A stretch of 64,000 nucleotides of DNA from an uncultured virus (IMG/VR IMGVR_UViG_3300028586_000021). Its lineage: Duplodnaviria; Heunggongvirae; Uroviricota; Caudoviricetes. The notes beneath the pieces were generated by a model. The model was not told the DNA's origin. It saw nothing but the letters and a program-made list of their open reading frames with translations, and did not search any database. The position numbers and the translations under genes are program-made. Positions 9,181 to 18,986 of the stretch are shown piece by piece. Numbering within the stretch: position 1 is the stretch's first letter; each line of letters starts with the position of its first letter. The stretch is from IMG/VR virus record IMGVR_UViG_3300028586_000021, positions 1 to 64,000 of that record. The stretch is one strand, 5' to 3'.

Positions 9181-10461
9181 TTAAATCTCCAAATAATTTA
9201 GAAGCCCTGCCATATTTTCACCGCGAATAGTGTCTAACTTAGCGGTAACCTTTTTGAACTCTTCAAAGTTCGCGCTATCGTCTTTTTCGTACATATATGT
9301 TATGAGATTCTCAAAACCATCACCAATGATACCGTGATTAACATCTAGCCATTCGATATGTTTTCTAATCTTCTCTGCTGCCTTATCCTTGATGTGCATT
9401 GGCAAAGCTTGGATATTGTAGTGGTCAGGATAAATCAACGGATTGATCATAAACACATCCGAATAATAATTTTCAGGATCAGTCTTCAATCCATCTTTGA
9501 TGATGTACTTCCTGTTAAGAAGAAGTTCATGCAAATCAGTGATATGGAAAATGTTCAATATGCTAACCGTAGGATGGATGCGATACTTGATGTGTGCCAT
9601 GCGTGGATCATTAGTCAGAAGCTCGAAGTTCTTTTCGACGTCAGCCCAATTGCCACCTGAGCGAATCAAGTCAAAGTATTCACCGAAGCCATCAACGCTG
9701 ATTGATAGAGTGATGTCGCTGAAGTTCTTCCATAGCTCAGGTACCTCAATTCCCTTATACTTCATCACTGTGAAGTTTGTGGAATAAAGAATTTCTAAAT
9801 CGGTATTGCCTTCCTCTAGGAAGCGGTTGATCATACGGTAGTGTTCATCCATCAACAGTGGTTCGCCGCCAGCAAAGTGAATGCTTTCGACGTGCGGGTA
9901 CAACGGATCGATCATGTCCCAGAATTGATCCTTGTCCTCTACGATTTTGAGGAAGCGACCTTTACCATATTGCGCCTTATCGATATTATGGACAGCTAAG
10001 AAATCATCGTACCATGGAGTGGAGAAATCAGGACCACATGTTCTGCATTTGAGATTGCAGATATTAGAGAATCTGAAGTCCCAATGGACGATATTAAGCT
10101 CTGGAACAGAACCATCTACTTCTGTTGATTGAACCACATCGTAGTATTTCTCGGCATACTTTGCATTGAGGCCATCACGTAACGTAGAGAACTTGTTTGT
10201 GCCTTTTGAATAGCAGCGATTGCAGACATCTGGTGTAGGGACATCGTTCAGCATGTTGCGTCGAAGTTCGCGCATCTTTTCGCTGTTCCAAACTTGGATG
10301 ATTGATTCTTTTTTGAGGTTGCCTACGTTGGCCTCAAAAGGGGACAAGCAGCATGGAATAACATCGCCGGTAGGTAGACCATGAAGGTGTGTCCACGGGC
10401 TCATACAAAACACTTTAGAATGCTGTGTATAAAATTCCTTAGTGTTCATTTCCATTTTCAT
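9181..10461 (-). CDS. Radical SAM protein with N-terminal twitch/SPASM-like Cys cluster
   Basis: CNLKCRTC (CX3CX2C), FAGGEPLL; N-terminal C..PW...PCC...GNL...CNRC; start placed at ATG 10461 after AAGGA RBS. Confidence 0.9.
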   Translation of the reverse strand: MKMEMNTKEFYTQHSKVFCMSPWTHLHGLPTGDVIPCCLSPFEANVGNLKKESIIQVWNSEKMRELRRNMLNDVPTPDVCNRCYSKGTNKFSTLRDGLNAKYAEKYYDVVQSTEVDGSVPELNIVHWDFRFSNICNLKCRTCGPDFSTPWYDDFLAVHNIDKAQYGKGRFLKIVEDKDQFWDMIDPLYPHVESIHFAGGEPLLMDEHYRMINRFLEEGNTDLEILYSTNFTVMKYKGIEVPELWKNFSDITLSISVDGFGEYFDLIRSGGNWADVEKNFELLTNDPRMAHIKYRIHPTVSILNIFHITDLHELLLNRKYIIKDGLKTDPENYYSDVFMINPLIYPDHYNIQALPMHIKDKAAEKIRKHIEWLDVNHGIIGDGFENLITYMYEKDDSANFEEFKKVTAKLDTIRGENMAGLLNYLEI

Positions 10462-10483
10462 ATTAGTGTCCTTTATAAAGTCA

Positions 10484-10491
10484 TATTTATC
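10484..10491 (-). promoter_or_regulatory. Late promoter GATAAATA
   Basis: Late-promoter motif just downstream of the terminator and upstream of the 10461 start. Confidence 0.55.
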
Positions 10492-10505
10492 TTTTGCCAA
10501 AAAAC

Positions 10506-10531
10506 AAAAAAGGAGACCGAAGTCTCCTTTT
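10506..10531 (-). terminator. Intrinsic terminator (UUCG loop)
   Basis: AGGAGAC-TTCG-GTCTCCT followed by a T tract on the minus strand; same stem as at 19647. Confidence 0.8.
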
Positions 10532-10533
10532 CA

Positions 10534-12081
10534 TTAAGCGCCTACCTTTGGTTCTACAAAGTCCTGTGAACCCGGATTCGCAGCAGAAGGTTCAAGAATC
10601 CATCCTTCTTTGTTTGCTCTTTCAACAAGCTCATCAACATGCTTCCAACCTTTAGTTGAATCACCACTCACCAATTTGATTGGAATCATAGTGGTCTTAG
10701 GCAACGATTTAAACCAGTCAGCTAGCATCGGGAATGTCTCGCAGAAGTTCTTGCTACGACGTTGATCGTACTGGTCGAAGAAGCTACGGAAGTCTCGTTG
10801 ACGTGACTCCATGCTCGACGTATAGCTATGGCCTTCTTCCACTTCACGAAGATATGCGATCAAACGTTCGATGCCATCGTGTTCCATCTGGTGCAGCAAG
10901 CCACGACCATTGTTGGTCACTGGTTCGTTATCCCAATGTGCCGCTAGCCATTTCTCAAGATGATCAGCACGCTCAGCACGAATATCAACCGGCAGAGCCA
11001 ATGCACTTTGGAAGCTAGGGAAGCGCAGAATGTTGAAGCTCATCATACATTGATGCCGTCCATATTGCTTCTTGATATTCAGCATCTCATCCATGAACTC
11101 GGTGATGGAGAACAAGCACAAGCTGTTGATGGTCATCATCATGTGAACCATCTTGACATTGCCCTTCTCGATCATCATCTTCACGTTGTTGATCCATGTA
11201 TCCCAGATCAGCCCGTCGCGAATGTATTCAGCGTGTGCACCAAACGATTCGTTCGACGTATAGAGGTGGAAGTCTTTGAAACTATGTGACACATCACATA
11301 GACGTTCGATCAATGATTGCTTAGCACCAAGGTTCGAGTTCACTGCCAACTGCACGTTACACTCTGGATGCTGTTTCCACCAGTCCATGAGCTTCCAAAA
11401 GTCTGGACTCATAGTTGCTTCGCCGCCAGTAATGCGCAGCTCTTTCAGCGAGTGTTGAAGGTCATTCTCCCACCATTGCATGAATGCAGCAACGTATGGA
11501 TTACCTTCATTCTTCAGGCCGTATGGCTGTGCCCATGAGCCGTCTTGTTGGAAAGCACCAGCGCCATCACTGACGAGATTTTGGTATGGGCCATCGACTC
11601 GAATGTCCTTCATCCACGTGGTCGAGAACGATGGGTTGCAGTATGAGCAAGCGAAGTTACACGTTGCGTCAAATGCAATCTCCAGGGTCTTGAGGTCGAC
11701 GTCACCTGTTTCCTTGTGAACGGTTGCAGCATCGATCAGTTCCTGATCGGAGTAGATGATCGACTTGTAGGTGCGGTCGCTGACTTTGTCTTTGCCAAGG
11801 TCTTCGATCTTCCAGCAGTATTCGCATTCAGCCGGGCGTTCACCATCCAGCATCTGCTTACGAACCATCTTCTTGTACTTGGTATTGTGCAGAGCCTTGT
11901 AGCTTTGCTCAAGTTCTTCGAGCGGAATCTTGTGTGCTGGAGGGTGGTGGCACGATGCAGTGGTACCACTACCGAGCCAAACGGTAGCGTTGTACCATTT
12001 AGCTCCGCAGAAGCTCGGGCTGATCGAATCGATCATGCGGTCCCGATACTCCTGATAAGTTTCGCCTTGAAGTTTTGGCAT
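10534..12081 (-). CDS. Twitch-domain radical SAM protein
   Basis: CNFACSYC, ITGGEA; N-terminal FCGAKW...SCHHP...CEYCW. Confidence 0.9.
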   Translation of the reverse strand: MPKLQGETYQEYRDRMIDSISPSFCGAKWYNATVWLGSGTTASCHHPPAHKIPLEELEQSYKALHNTKYKKMVRKQMLDGERPAECEYCWKIEDLGKDKVSDRTYKSIIYSDQELIDAATVHKETGDVDLKTLEIAFDATCNFACSYCNPSFSTTWMKDIRVDGPYQNLVSDGAGAFQQDGSWAQPYGLKNEGNPYVAAFMQWWENDLQHSLKELRITGGEATMSPDFWKLMDWWKQHPECNVQLAVNSNLGAKQSLIERLCDVSHSFKDFHLYTSNESFGAHAEYIRDGLIWDTWINNVKMMIEKGNVKMVHMMMTINSLCLFSITEFMDEMLNIKKQYGRHQCMMSFNILRFPSFQSALALPVDIRAERADHLEKWLAAHWDNEPVTNNGRGLLHQMEHDGIERLIAYLREVEEGHSYTSSMESRQRDFRSFFDQYDQRRSKNFCETFPMLADWFKSLPKTTMIPIKLVSGDSTKGWKHVDELVERANKEGWILEPSAANPGSQDFVEPKVGA

Positions 12082-12110
12082 GTTATTCCTTATGTGTTAT
12101 GAGAACTTAT

Positions 12111-13526
12111 TTATTGGCCGATTCCGTCATAGGCATTGCGGCAATCTTCATAGAACGGAACCAGCTCGGGGAATGTTTCGTAGAAGTTCGTATCACGACG
12201 TTCGTCGTACTGTTCGTGGTAGATGAAGAAGTTCTTCATGTTCACGATACGTGCTTCCTCTTCACCATTCATGAAGTCAATCAAGCGTTCCACTTGGTCA
12301 ATCTCTTCTAGGTAGAAGCGGCCAGCTTTAGTTGGATCGGCTTGACGAGTGCGAGCCATCACAGTATCACGCCAGATTGGACCATACTTCTCTTTGATGT
12401 CCTTTGGTAGATTGCGGATGTTCAGGTAATGCGGCCAGCGAACATAAGCGATCATCATCGGGATACGATTCTCTGCATCAGTCTCATTGAACTCGGTGCG
12501 GAGGGTGTACACGAACTTGAGGAACTCATCGAACGTGGTCACGCTTAGAAGGTTGGTTGCAACCATAAAGTGCAAACGCGTCTCGGTGTTCTTGAGGAAG
12601 TATCGGCAGTTTTCAGCGAACTCGTCGTAGGTCATGCCATAACGAATGTACTCTGCTTGCGCACCGGTCGCTTCGAGGCTGGTGTACACTTCGAACGACT
12701 TAACTTTGCCTTTCAGCAGATTGCTGTACTCAACGAGTTTGTCAATCAATTTTCGTGGCACGTTCATATTCGTGTTCACTGCCAACTCCAAGTCTGGACG
12801 CGGGTTAGCAATCAGCTCATCAAACACTCGCCACGTGTGCTTCGATAATAGTGGCTCACCACCAGTGATGCGGAACACCTTGAGTGTTTGAACAAGCTCT
12901 GGCCACCATTTCCAGAATGCTTCAACATATGGATTGTAATCATCACGTTTGATTGGAAAACGCCCAATCGACTTTAGCCAGCCATGATCATGAGCAGTGC
13001 CTTGCGCAAGTTGGTATGGGCCATGACGTTCAATCTCTTCCGTCCATTTCGACGATACGTCCGAGGTGCAGTATGTGCACTTGAAGTTGCAGGTATTTTC
13101 GAATGCAACCTCGAGGTAGGTCGGGTTGATGTCGTTACCAAGCCCGGACGCCTTCACGACGTCCAGGGACTCCATAGCCCATGGGCTAGTGGATTTATAT
13201 GTCCGATCGCTTAGGTGATCCCCAGGGCCGTTCTCAATGTTCCAGCAGTATGTACATTCGGGTGTTTGGATGCCTTTCAGCATGTCCTCACGTGCAACGA
13301 ATTTGATCGGGGTATTGTGAAGCGCCTTAGGATTCGCTTCAACTGCTTTCGGATCGACTTTATGGGACGATGGGTGGTGGCAGCTATGGGTGTACCCATT
13401 CCAAAGGTAGATGGTCGATTGCAACCATTTTGCGGTACAGAACGTTGGTGAAATCTTATTGATTACTTCATCACGAAGGCGATAGTTCTCCTCCATGATG
13501 ATTTGATTGCGACTTTTTTCTGTCAT
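12111..13526 (-). CDS. Twitch-domain radical SAM protein (paralog of 10534-12081)
   Basis: CNFKCTYC, ITGGEPLL; N-terminal FCTAKW...SCHHP...CTYCW; shares NPYV.AF..WW and YD.RR..NF.ETFP with its paralog. Confidence 0.9.
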   Translation of the reverse strand: MTEKSRNQIIMEENYRLRDEVINKISPTFCTAKWLQSTIYLWNGYTHSCHHPSSHKVDPKAVEANPKALHNTPIKFVAREDMLKGIQTPECTYCWNIENGPGDHLSDRTYKSTSPWAMESLDVVKASGLGNDINPTYLEVAFENTCNFKCTYCTSDVSSKWTEEIERHGPYQLAQGTAHDHGWLKSIGRFPIKRDDYNPYVEAFWKWWPELVQTLKVFRITGGEPLLSKHTWRVFDELIANPRPDLELAVNTNMNVPRKLIDKLVEYSNLLKGKVKSFEVYTSLEATGAQAEYIRYGMTYDEFAENCRYFLKNTETRLHFMVATNLLSVTTFDEFLKFVYTLRTEFNETDAENRIPMMIAYVRWPHYLNIRNLPKDIKEKYGPIWRDTVMARTRQADPTKAGRFYLEEIDQVERLIDFMNGEEEARIVNMKNFFIYHEQYDERRDTNFYETFPELVPFYEDCRNAYDGIGQ

Positions 13527-14449
13527 TAGATGCTCACGAGAATTTCTTTTTCGAGACGTACGGAATATTCCTGATTTGGATGCTCATACACTTGTTTGAA
13601 GAACTTGCTTTGAGCTTCATCAAAGTATGCCAGATTGAGTCCCATGTGCTTGTTGATCGAATCGCCTAGTTCATAGACCTTGTCGATCATATCGCCTTCA
13701 GACTTAAACTGATCGAGGTAATCGTTACCGAACTTCTTAAACCAATCGTAGTCACTGATGTTTGCGAGGCTGAAGGAAGTATCGATGTTCGCCATGTAAA
13801 TGCCCAGGCGCGTTCCTAGGATGGATTCGATACCGTTTTCGACATCGGCGCCGACGCACGCCCAAATCATCAGGCGACGGAGGTTTGCATCATGGATAAT
13901 GTTCTTGACCTGGACCTTGTCAAGGCGATTGCCCTGGTCTAGGGTCATCTTCACGCCTTCACGGAAGCCAGCACGGAATGCTTGGAATGGCGAGCCGTTT
14001 GTGTATGTGGTCGAGAGGACGGAGTTCAATTGTAGGTACTGATTGTCCCAGCAAAAGTCAAGCTTCTCAGCTTCAGTCTCTGCTGCTTCATGAGTACGCA
14101 TGCCAAGCACAAAGTCTTTGGTCCAAAGCTTAACACCGCCATTGCCGTAGATCAGACCGTTCACTGCGTTTACTGCGTTCCAGCTCAACGATGCTTTGGC
14201 GTATTTTTCTGGGATGTCGATGACCATATCGAACACTCGAGGATCGACGATGTTGTCACCATCAATGGTGATGAAGCGATCAGTCTCGCTTTGATTGGCG
14301 CATGCTTTGTGAGCAGCGTCAAAGCCCTTAACGCCATGAACACGTTTGGCCCATGGCGCTTTCTCTAGAAGGTCTGCCCAATTCTCTTCACACTTCGGTT
14401 CGTCGTATGATAGGTAGAATAGGTCAAATTCACTCATCTGTTGCTGCAT
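13526..14449 (-). CDS. Glycosyltransferase-like protein (GT-A fold)
   Basis: SYDEP...RVHGVKGFDAAHKACA...FITIDGDN (DxD), YGNGGVKLW, AFRAGFREGVK. Confidence 0.65.
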   Translation of the reverse strand: MQQQMSEFDLFYLSYDEPKCEENWADLLEKAPWAKRVHGVKGFDAAHKACANQSETDRFITIDGDNIVDPRVFDMVIDIPEKYAKASLSWNAVNAVNGLIYGNGGVKLWTKDFVLGMRTHEAAETEAEKLDFCWDNQYLQLNSVLSTTYTNGSPFQAFRAGFREGVKMTLDQGNRLDKVQVKNIIHDANLRRLMIWACVGADVENGIESILGTRLGIYMANIDTSFSLANISDYDWFKKFGNDYLDQFKSEGDMIDKVYELGDSINKHMGLNLAYFDEAQSKFFKQVYEHPNQEYSVRLEKEILVSI

Positions 14450-14473
14450 ATTTGTTATCCTTTATTGTCTTGG

Positions 14474-14503
14474 AAAGCAACGCATGAACTATGCGTTGCT
14501 TTT
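14474..14503. terminator. Hairpin / possible terminator
   Basis: AAAGCAACGCAT...ATGCGTTGCTTT 12-bp inverted repeat in an intergenic gap. Confidence 0.55.
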
Positions 14504-14515
14504 TGTATGTTTTAT

Positions 14516-15067
14516 TTATGGGATGATTTTCAATCCATATGAGTCAAACACCTTGCGAGTGAAGATGCTAACTAAACGCGGATTATGCACGAAGCCGAAC
14601 TTCTCTTCGCCGGTCGAGATCAAGCGTTTCATATCCACTGACAAAACAGTAATCAGCTTGTTCGGATCATTCTTTTCAGACACATAGAATAAAGTCTGCG
14701 CATCATCGATGTTTGCGAACAACGTCATTGCATACTGAATGAGTTCGGGCTTGATCGTAACAACGAGTTGTTCGTTGTCAATCGTTAGAAGGACGTCTGG
14801 ATTTTCAGTGCCTTCCTTGATCATCACCGGAGAGTAGTAGAACGGCACCAGCACTTCGTTTGTCTTGTCCTTCTTGACAAAGTGTGTCGTGGCACCATCG
14901 TGATAGACGACGTAGTCGTTGATCGTGTGCGGCTGATCGATGAATGAGATGCCAAGCTCTTGATTGATGCGGATAACGTGGAAGTCATCTGCACCATCTA
15001 GAACAGGAGAAACGCGACAGACTGTCATCGTTTCTTTGTCAACGTAGAGATACCAATTGTCAGTCAT
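14516..15067 (-). CDS. Hypothetical protein
   Basis: 183-aa ORF with ATGA overlap in the cluster. Confidence 0.75.
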   Translation of the reverse strand: MTDNWYLYVDKETMTVCRVSPVLDGADDFHVIRINQELGISFIDQPHTINDYVVYHDGATTHFVKKDKTNEVLVPFYYSPVMIKEGTENPDVLLTIDNEQLVVTIKPELIQYAMTLFANIDDAQTLFYVSEKNDPNKLITVLSVDMKRLISTGEEKFGFVHNPRLVSIFTRKVFDSYGLKIIP

Positions 15068-15927
15068 TTTACACCTAGCTTTCGTTCCATTGTCGCGATC
15101 ATCTCATCCGTCACGAAGTCTTTCACGTGGTAGTGGAAAGGCAGCGTTTGGCGGTAGTTGCCGATGTTCAGTTCACAATCGTTGTTGAAGTACACTTGAA
15201 CCACTTTGTTCCACTCCTCGGGAATCGGAGGAGCATTTCGATCCAAGTGCCACTTTTGGAGTTGCGTCTTCATGTGGACAAAGGTCGGAACAGGAATGTG
15301 GGGGTTCATATTTAGCGACTCAATGTCCAGAATCTTTGCAGCGATCGCGAAGACTACGTCAGTACTGACAAACGCCGGCCGATGTTCTGCTTCAAGGAAC
15401 TCAAAGAAGTATCGCTGCCAGTTGTTGTAAATGTGTTCAGCGAGTTTGAACAGCTCGTGAGCAGCATCAGTCTTCTTGAAGTAGAAGAATGCGGTGTACA
15501 CGTTTGGCAGATTGTTCTGCGTGAACACTTTGCGGTAGTAATCCGAATCGACCTTCTCATTGCGGTAGGTCGATGCTTCGGTGCAGAAGACGACTTCAGA
15601 TTGTCCCAACACGCTCCACCATTCGCTGAGGTCGGAGTTGAAGATCATATCTGCATCGAGTTTGATCGTCTCATCGTAAGGCGACATGTAAATCGCCTTC
15701 CATTCGTTCTCAAGCTTCCACGAGGTATCAGCCGCAGCATCACCCCATGGAATCTCAACGATTGCATCGAATGCGTGAGCATACTCCTCTGGAACTTTGT
15801 AGCCGGGCGTGATACCGATCGCAAGCTTCGAATGTTCTTTCTGGCTTAGCTTTAGGGATAACGCCAGGGCATAGGCATAACGTACGTATTGATCGCCTTG
15901 TGCGATTGTGAAATAGCCCTTAGACAT
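15064..15927 (-). CDS. Glycosyltransferase-like protein (GT-A, GT8/mannosyltransferase-like)
   Basis: GYFTIA...YAYALALSLK, SPYDETIKLDAD (DxD), FVHMK. Confidence 0.7.
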   Translation of the reverse strand: MSKGYFTIAQGDQYVRYAYALALSLKLSQKEHSKLAIGITPGYKVPEEYAHAFDAIVEIPWGDAAADTSWKLENEWKAIYMSPYDETIKLDADMIFNSDLSEWWSVLGQSEVVFCTEASTYRNEKVDSDYYRKVFTQNNLPNVYTAFFYFKKTDAAHELFKLAEHIYNNWQRYFFEFLEAEHRPAFVSTDVVFAIAAKILDIESLNMNPHIPVPTFVHMKTQLQKWHLDRNAPPIPEEWNKVVQVYFNNDCELNIGNYRQTLPFHYHVKDFVTDEMIATMERKLGVK

Positions 15928-16207
15928 TTGGGCTCACCCATTCAGGAAGGCCTAGGTCGGCCAGCGAACCTTCCATCACATAAGCGATAGCGTACCACGC
16001 AACCCCCGCATCAAGTTCAGCCATTAGTATTTCGCGACCCCAGCTCGGAGTGCGGCTATATGACAAACGGTGAAAACGCGGATCAGCAAGCCAAATGTGT
16101 TTTACGTAATCTAGGTTGTTCAGTTCGTCGATCGTTGTGATTTCCACCGGCAATTTCTCACTCGGGTCAGCGTCAACGAAATTAGGAAAACGGCGTGCTA
16201 GTTTCAT
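15920..16207 (-). CDS. Hypothetical protein
   Basis: 95-aa ORF overlapping both flanking genes. Confidence 0.6.
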   Translation of the reverse strand: MKLARRFPNFVDADPSEKLPVEITTIDELNNLDYVKHIWLADPRFHRLSYSRTPSWGREILMAELDAGVAWYAIAYVMEGSLADLGLPEWVSPNV

Positions 16208-17100
16208 TTTTTGTAAAGTCCTATAAACTCATCTACGAACTTCTGCAAAGACATTTTGTTCATGATGTGAACGTTGTGGCCTTTGACTTTCGTGATGTAG
16301 AACGCATGTTCATGGTTCTGGTGTTTCATGCCCATATCATTGAACATGACGGTGATGCTATCCAATCCAACTTTGTGGATATGATCGCGGTCGGTGGAGG
16401 TGAGGATAAACGGCGTTGGCAACTTCTTGAACTCTTCATTCTCGATGAAGCCATTGAGAATGTGAAGTGCAATGCTGAAGGCAAAGTCGTTGCGGTAAAG
16501 GTATCCACCAAAACCGTACAACAGCTTGTAGTAGTCCCATCTCTCCTTGATGAACGACACTAAGTCAAATACCATTTTTGCGCGTTCAGACTTTTTGAAG
16601 TAGATCGCGGTGGCCCATACCATCTTGATGCCAGTTTGGTTCAATCGGAATTCCTCACCATCTAGAGGAAGATGATCCAACCCAAGTGCCGAATCGTTGA
16701 TCAGGAAGTCCTCAGCACATCCCCACACAGCGTTCATTGAAGAATCCATCATGAGGAAGTCCACGTCAAGGAGAAGCGTCTCGTCGTACGGAGAAATGTC
16801 GTATGCTGAGTTTCTATTGCCGTTGATGAATCGATCTTGTACCGAGTAGTATTGCGTGTCCGAGTAACGTCGAAGATTATCAGTGCCAGTAGTCTTGTCA
16901 TCAACGATGATCTTATCGAAGACTGCTTCGATTTCATCCTTGATGTCAGCATTCCAATCAAGACTTTTTGTGGAGGTGACTACGGTGATCTTCGTGTCCT
17001 CACCTAGATTTTTCTTGCACATGTATGCGTTGAGCAGTGCAATCTTCAAATAGTTGACGTTGTCATTATTCGAAGCGAAGAATAGAATGCCTCTTGACAT
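16204..17100 (-). CDS. Glycosyltransferase-like protein (paralog of 15064-15927)
   Basis: GILFFA...YLKIA, SPYDETLLLDVD (DxD), YRNDFAFSIA, HIMNK. Confidence 0.7.
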   Translation of the reverse strand: MSRGILFFASNNDNVNYLKIALLNAYMCKKNLGEDTKITVVTSTKSLDWNADIKDEIEAVFDKIIVDDKTTGTDNLRRYSDTQYYSVQDRFINGNRNSAYDISPYDETLLLDVDFLMMDSSMNAVWGCAEDFLINDSALGLDHLPLDGEEFRLNQTGIKMVWATAIYFKKSERAKMVFDLVSFIKERWDYYKLLYGFGGYLYRNDFAFSIALHILNGFIENEEFKKLPTPFILTSTDRDHIHKVGLDSITVMFNDMGMKHQNHEHAFYITKVKGHNVHIMNKMSLQKFVDEFIGLYKK

Positions 17101-17101
17101 G

Positions 17102-17473
17102 TTACCACTCCATCATTGGAGCCGTCTTACGAGACGATTGAATCTTCTTGAAATCGATGAGGAAGGCGTTGGTCGCTTGGTAGTATCGGTCGTTGATTTC
17201 GTCGTAGAAGTCTGCAAGCTTTTCGATAAGGATTGGATTGCCATTTACGTCGATTAGAATCGATTGCTCCTGTTCACGATTGATCAGAGCAGCAACGAAT
17301 GAGATTAGGGTTTGGTCAACGTGGAACACGCCACCATTTTTTGAGAAGGTCAACGCTTGCTTAAACTTTAGCTTGCTGTTTTCCTTTTGGTTGTAGAGAG
17401 TAACGCGGTACTTCGCTGCTTCGAGAGCACGTTCTAGACGCTCGTCTAGATACTTTTGGGCGTCGTCAGACAT
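17102..17473 (-). CDS. Hypothetical protein heading the glycosyltransferase cluster
   Basis: 123 aa; GAGG RBS; LIDVNGNPILI motif. Confidence 0.75.
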   Translation of the reverse strand: MSDDAQKYLDERLERALEAAKYRVTLYNQKENSKLKFKQALTFSKNGGVFHVDQTLISFVAALINREQEQSILIDVNGNPILIEKLADFYDEINDRYYQATNAFLIDFKKIQSSRKTAPMMEW

Positions 17474-17512
17474 GATGAACCTCTATTATTTTTGTTATGG
17501 TTATGCGGGGTT

Positions 17513-17549
17513 ATTATACCACAAACCCTAGAACGAGTCTAGGGTTTGT
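17513..17549 (-). promoter_or_regulatory. Sigma70-like promoter overlapping a hairpin/terminator
   Basis: Minus strand TAGACT-N17-TATAAT with TGn extension; ACAAACCCTAGA...TCTAGGGTTTGT inverted repeat at 17521-17549. Confidence 0.55.
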
Positions 17550-17575
17550 TTGGTAAGACCTGTTGACTTTATTTA

Positions 17576-18898
17576 TTAAGCCAATGCAGTTGAAGCCACC
17601 GTAGGGTAAGCCATAACCGGCGATTTTAGAACGTTTGCACTTGGGCGAACTAGGGTCGATGCTGAAGTCAAAGTACCACCAACACCGCCATACAAAGTAC
17701 CAGGATCAGTGAAGACAATCTGGAATCGGACGATGCGGTTTGACTCGATGCGAGCATTAACGGTGAACACTTGCTGCGAGTTGTTCGGGTTTGCAAGAGC
17801 AAAGATCGGCTGATACGTCGCGGTTAGATCGTAGAAGCCTTTTGAGTTTGCACGATTTTGTGAGTCCACTGAGCCGGTTGCGCTGAACTTCACGGTGCCG
17901 ATGTTCACTAGGAAGTCTCTCCACTGGAAGTCACGTAGAGTGCCTGGGTTACCGAGTGTCGAAACAAATTGGAACTGACCGCCGGCGTTAATGTATGCTT
18001 TCAGTGAAGCTGCATCAGCGAAGGTTGCGGTTAGTTCGCGGCTGATTGATCCGGTCCAAGTAGTTGAACGTGAAGTGGTACCAGATGCAGGCGATGATGA
18101 CTCGAGTGAAACCAAAGTTGGTTTGAAGCGAGTAGTACCAGCCGACAACGCATTCAACGCGGTTAGGGTTAGATTGTACTTAGCAAGCATAGTGACCATG
18201 CCGTAAGGAATGGTATTGCCTTGTTCGTAGATAAAGCCTTCAGCTGAGATACCAGTCGAGTCAACACCTAGGAAGTTGCAGATTGCGGTTAGCTTGCTTA
18301 GCAACGCGATCCACTTTGCGTTGGTCAATGTGTAGATTGACTCATTCGCGATAGTATCGGTTTGACCATAGCCGAACGCGTCAGCCAAGGTGGTGCCAGT
18401 TGGAGCGCCAATGATCTTGTTGAGCGTAGCAGCCATAGCGTTGTATTCTGTAACGAACGCAGCTTTTTGCACAAGGGTGTTTGGCATTGGGTAAATCTGA
18501 ACCCATGCTGAACCATCCCAAATCTTGAGCATGCCGCCAGTGGTGTCAAACCATTGGGTGCCAGTTTTTGGATTTGATGGCGCTGTTGTGCCAGAGGTGA
18601 CGCCACCGCCGGCCGAACCAGCCCATGCGTTCTGTGGATCAACGGTTGCATCATAAATGCGTAGAACTTTATTTGTGGTGTCGTACCACAATTGACCAGT
18701 CACACCATTTGCTGGTGGAGTTGGCGCAGCGAAAGTCTCTAGCATCTTCAACAAGTTTTGCTGAAGGTCACGACCCCAATTTGGGCTGCCGCGGCCAGTC
18801 AGAACTAGCGAAGTGTGAGTGGTGTCTTTCGTCTGAGGTTGAACGGTGAAGCCTGGCTTATTAGCAATGCTCCAACCAAAATCGTATTGATCGCTCAA
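17576..18898 (-). CDS. Virion structural protein (tail fibre/baseplate-associated)
   Basis: Downstream of the tube gene; GQLWYDT...LRIYD and GTQWFDT...LKIWDG repeats; Thr/Ser/Gly-rich. Confidence 0.7.
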   Translation of the reverse strand: MSDQYDFGWSIANKPGFTVQPQTKDTTHTSLVLTGRGSPNWGRDLQQNLLKMLETFAAPTPPANGVTGQLWYDTTNKVLRIYDATVDPQNAWAGSAGGGVTSGTTAPSNPKTGTQWFDTTGGMLKIWDGSAWVQIYPMPNTLVQKAAFVTEYNAMAATLNKIIGAPTGTTLADAFGYGQTDTIANESIYTLTNAKWIALLSKLTAICNFLGVDSTGISAEGFIYEQGNTIPYGMVTMLAKYNLTLTALNALSAGTTRFKPTLVSLESSSPASGTTSRSTTWTGSISRELTATFADAASLKAYINAGGQFQFVSTLGNPGTLRDFQWRDFLVNIGTVKFSATGSVDSQNRANSKGFYDLTATYQPIFALANPNNSQQVFTVNARIESNRIVRFQIVFTDPGTLYGGVGGTLTSASTLVRPSANVLKSPVMAYPTVASTALA

Positions 18899-18931
18899 TT
18901 ACTTCTCCTTACGTGCCGGCTCACGAAACGG

Positions 18932-18966
18932 ATAACCCGCATCGCCGGTATCGTGATGCGGGTTAT
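18932..18966. terminator. Hairpin after the tail tube gene
   Basis: ATAACCCGCATC...GATGCGGGTTAT inverted repeat. Confidence 0.55.
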
Positions 18967-18986
18967 TATGCTTATGAAACTATGGA

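Noticed and set aside
10462..10500. TTG start at 10500 for the third radical SAM gene
   Set aside because: It abuts the terminator T tract and lies upstream of the late promoter; ATG 10461 has an RBS
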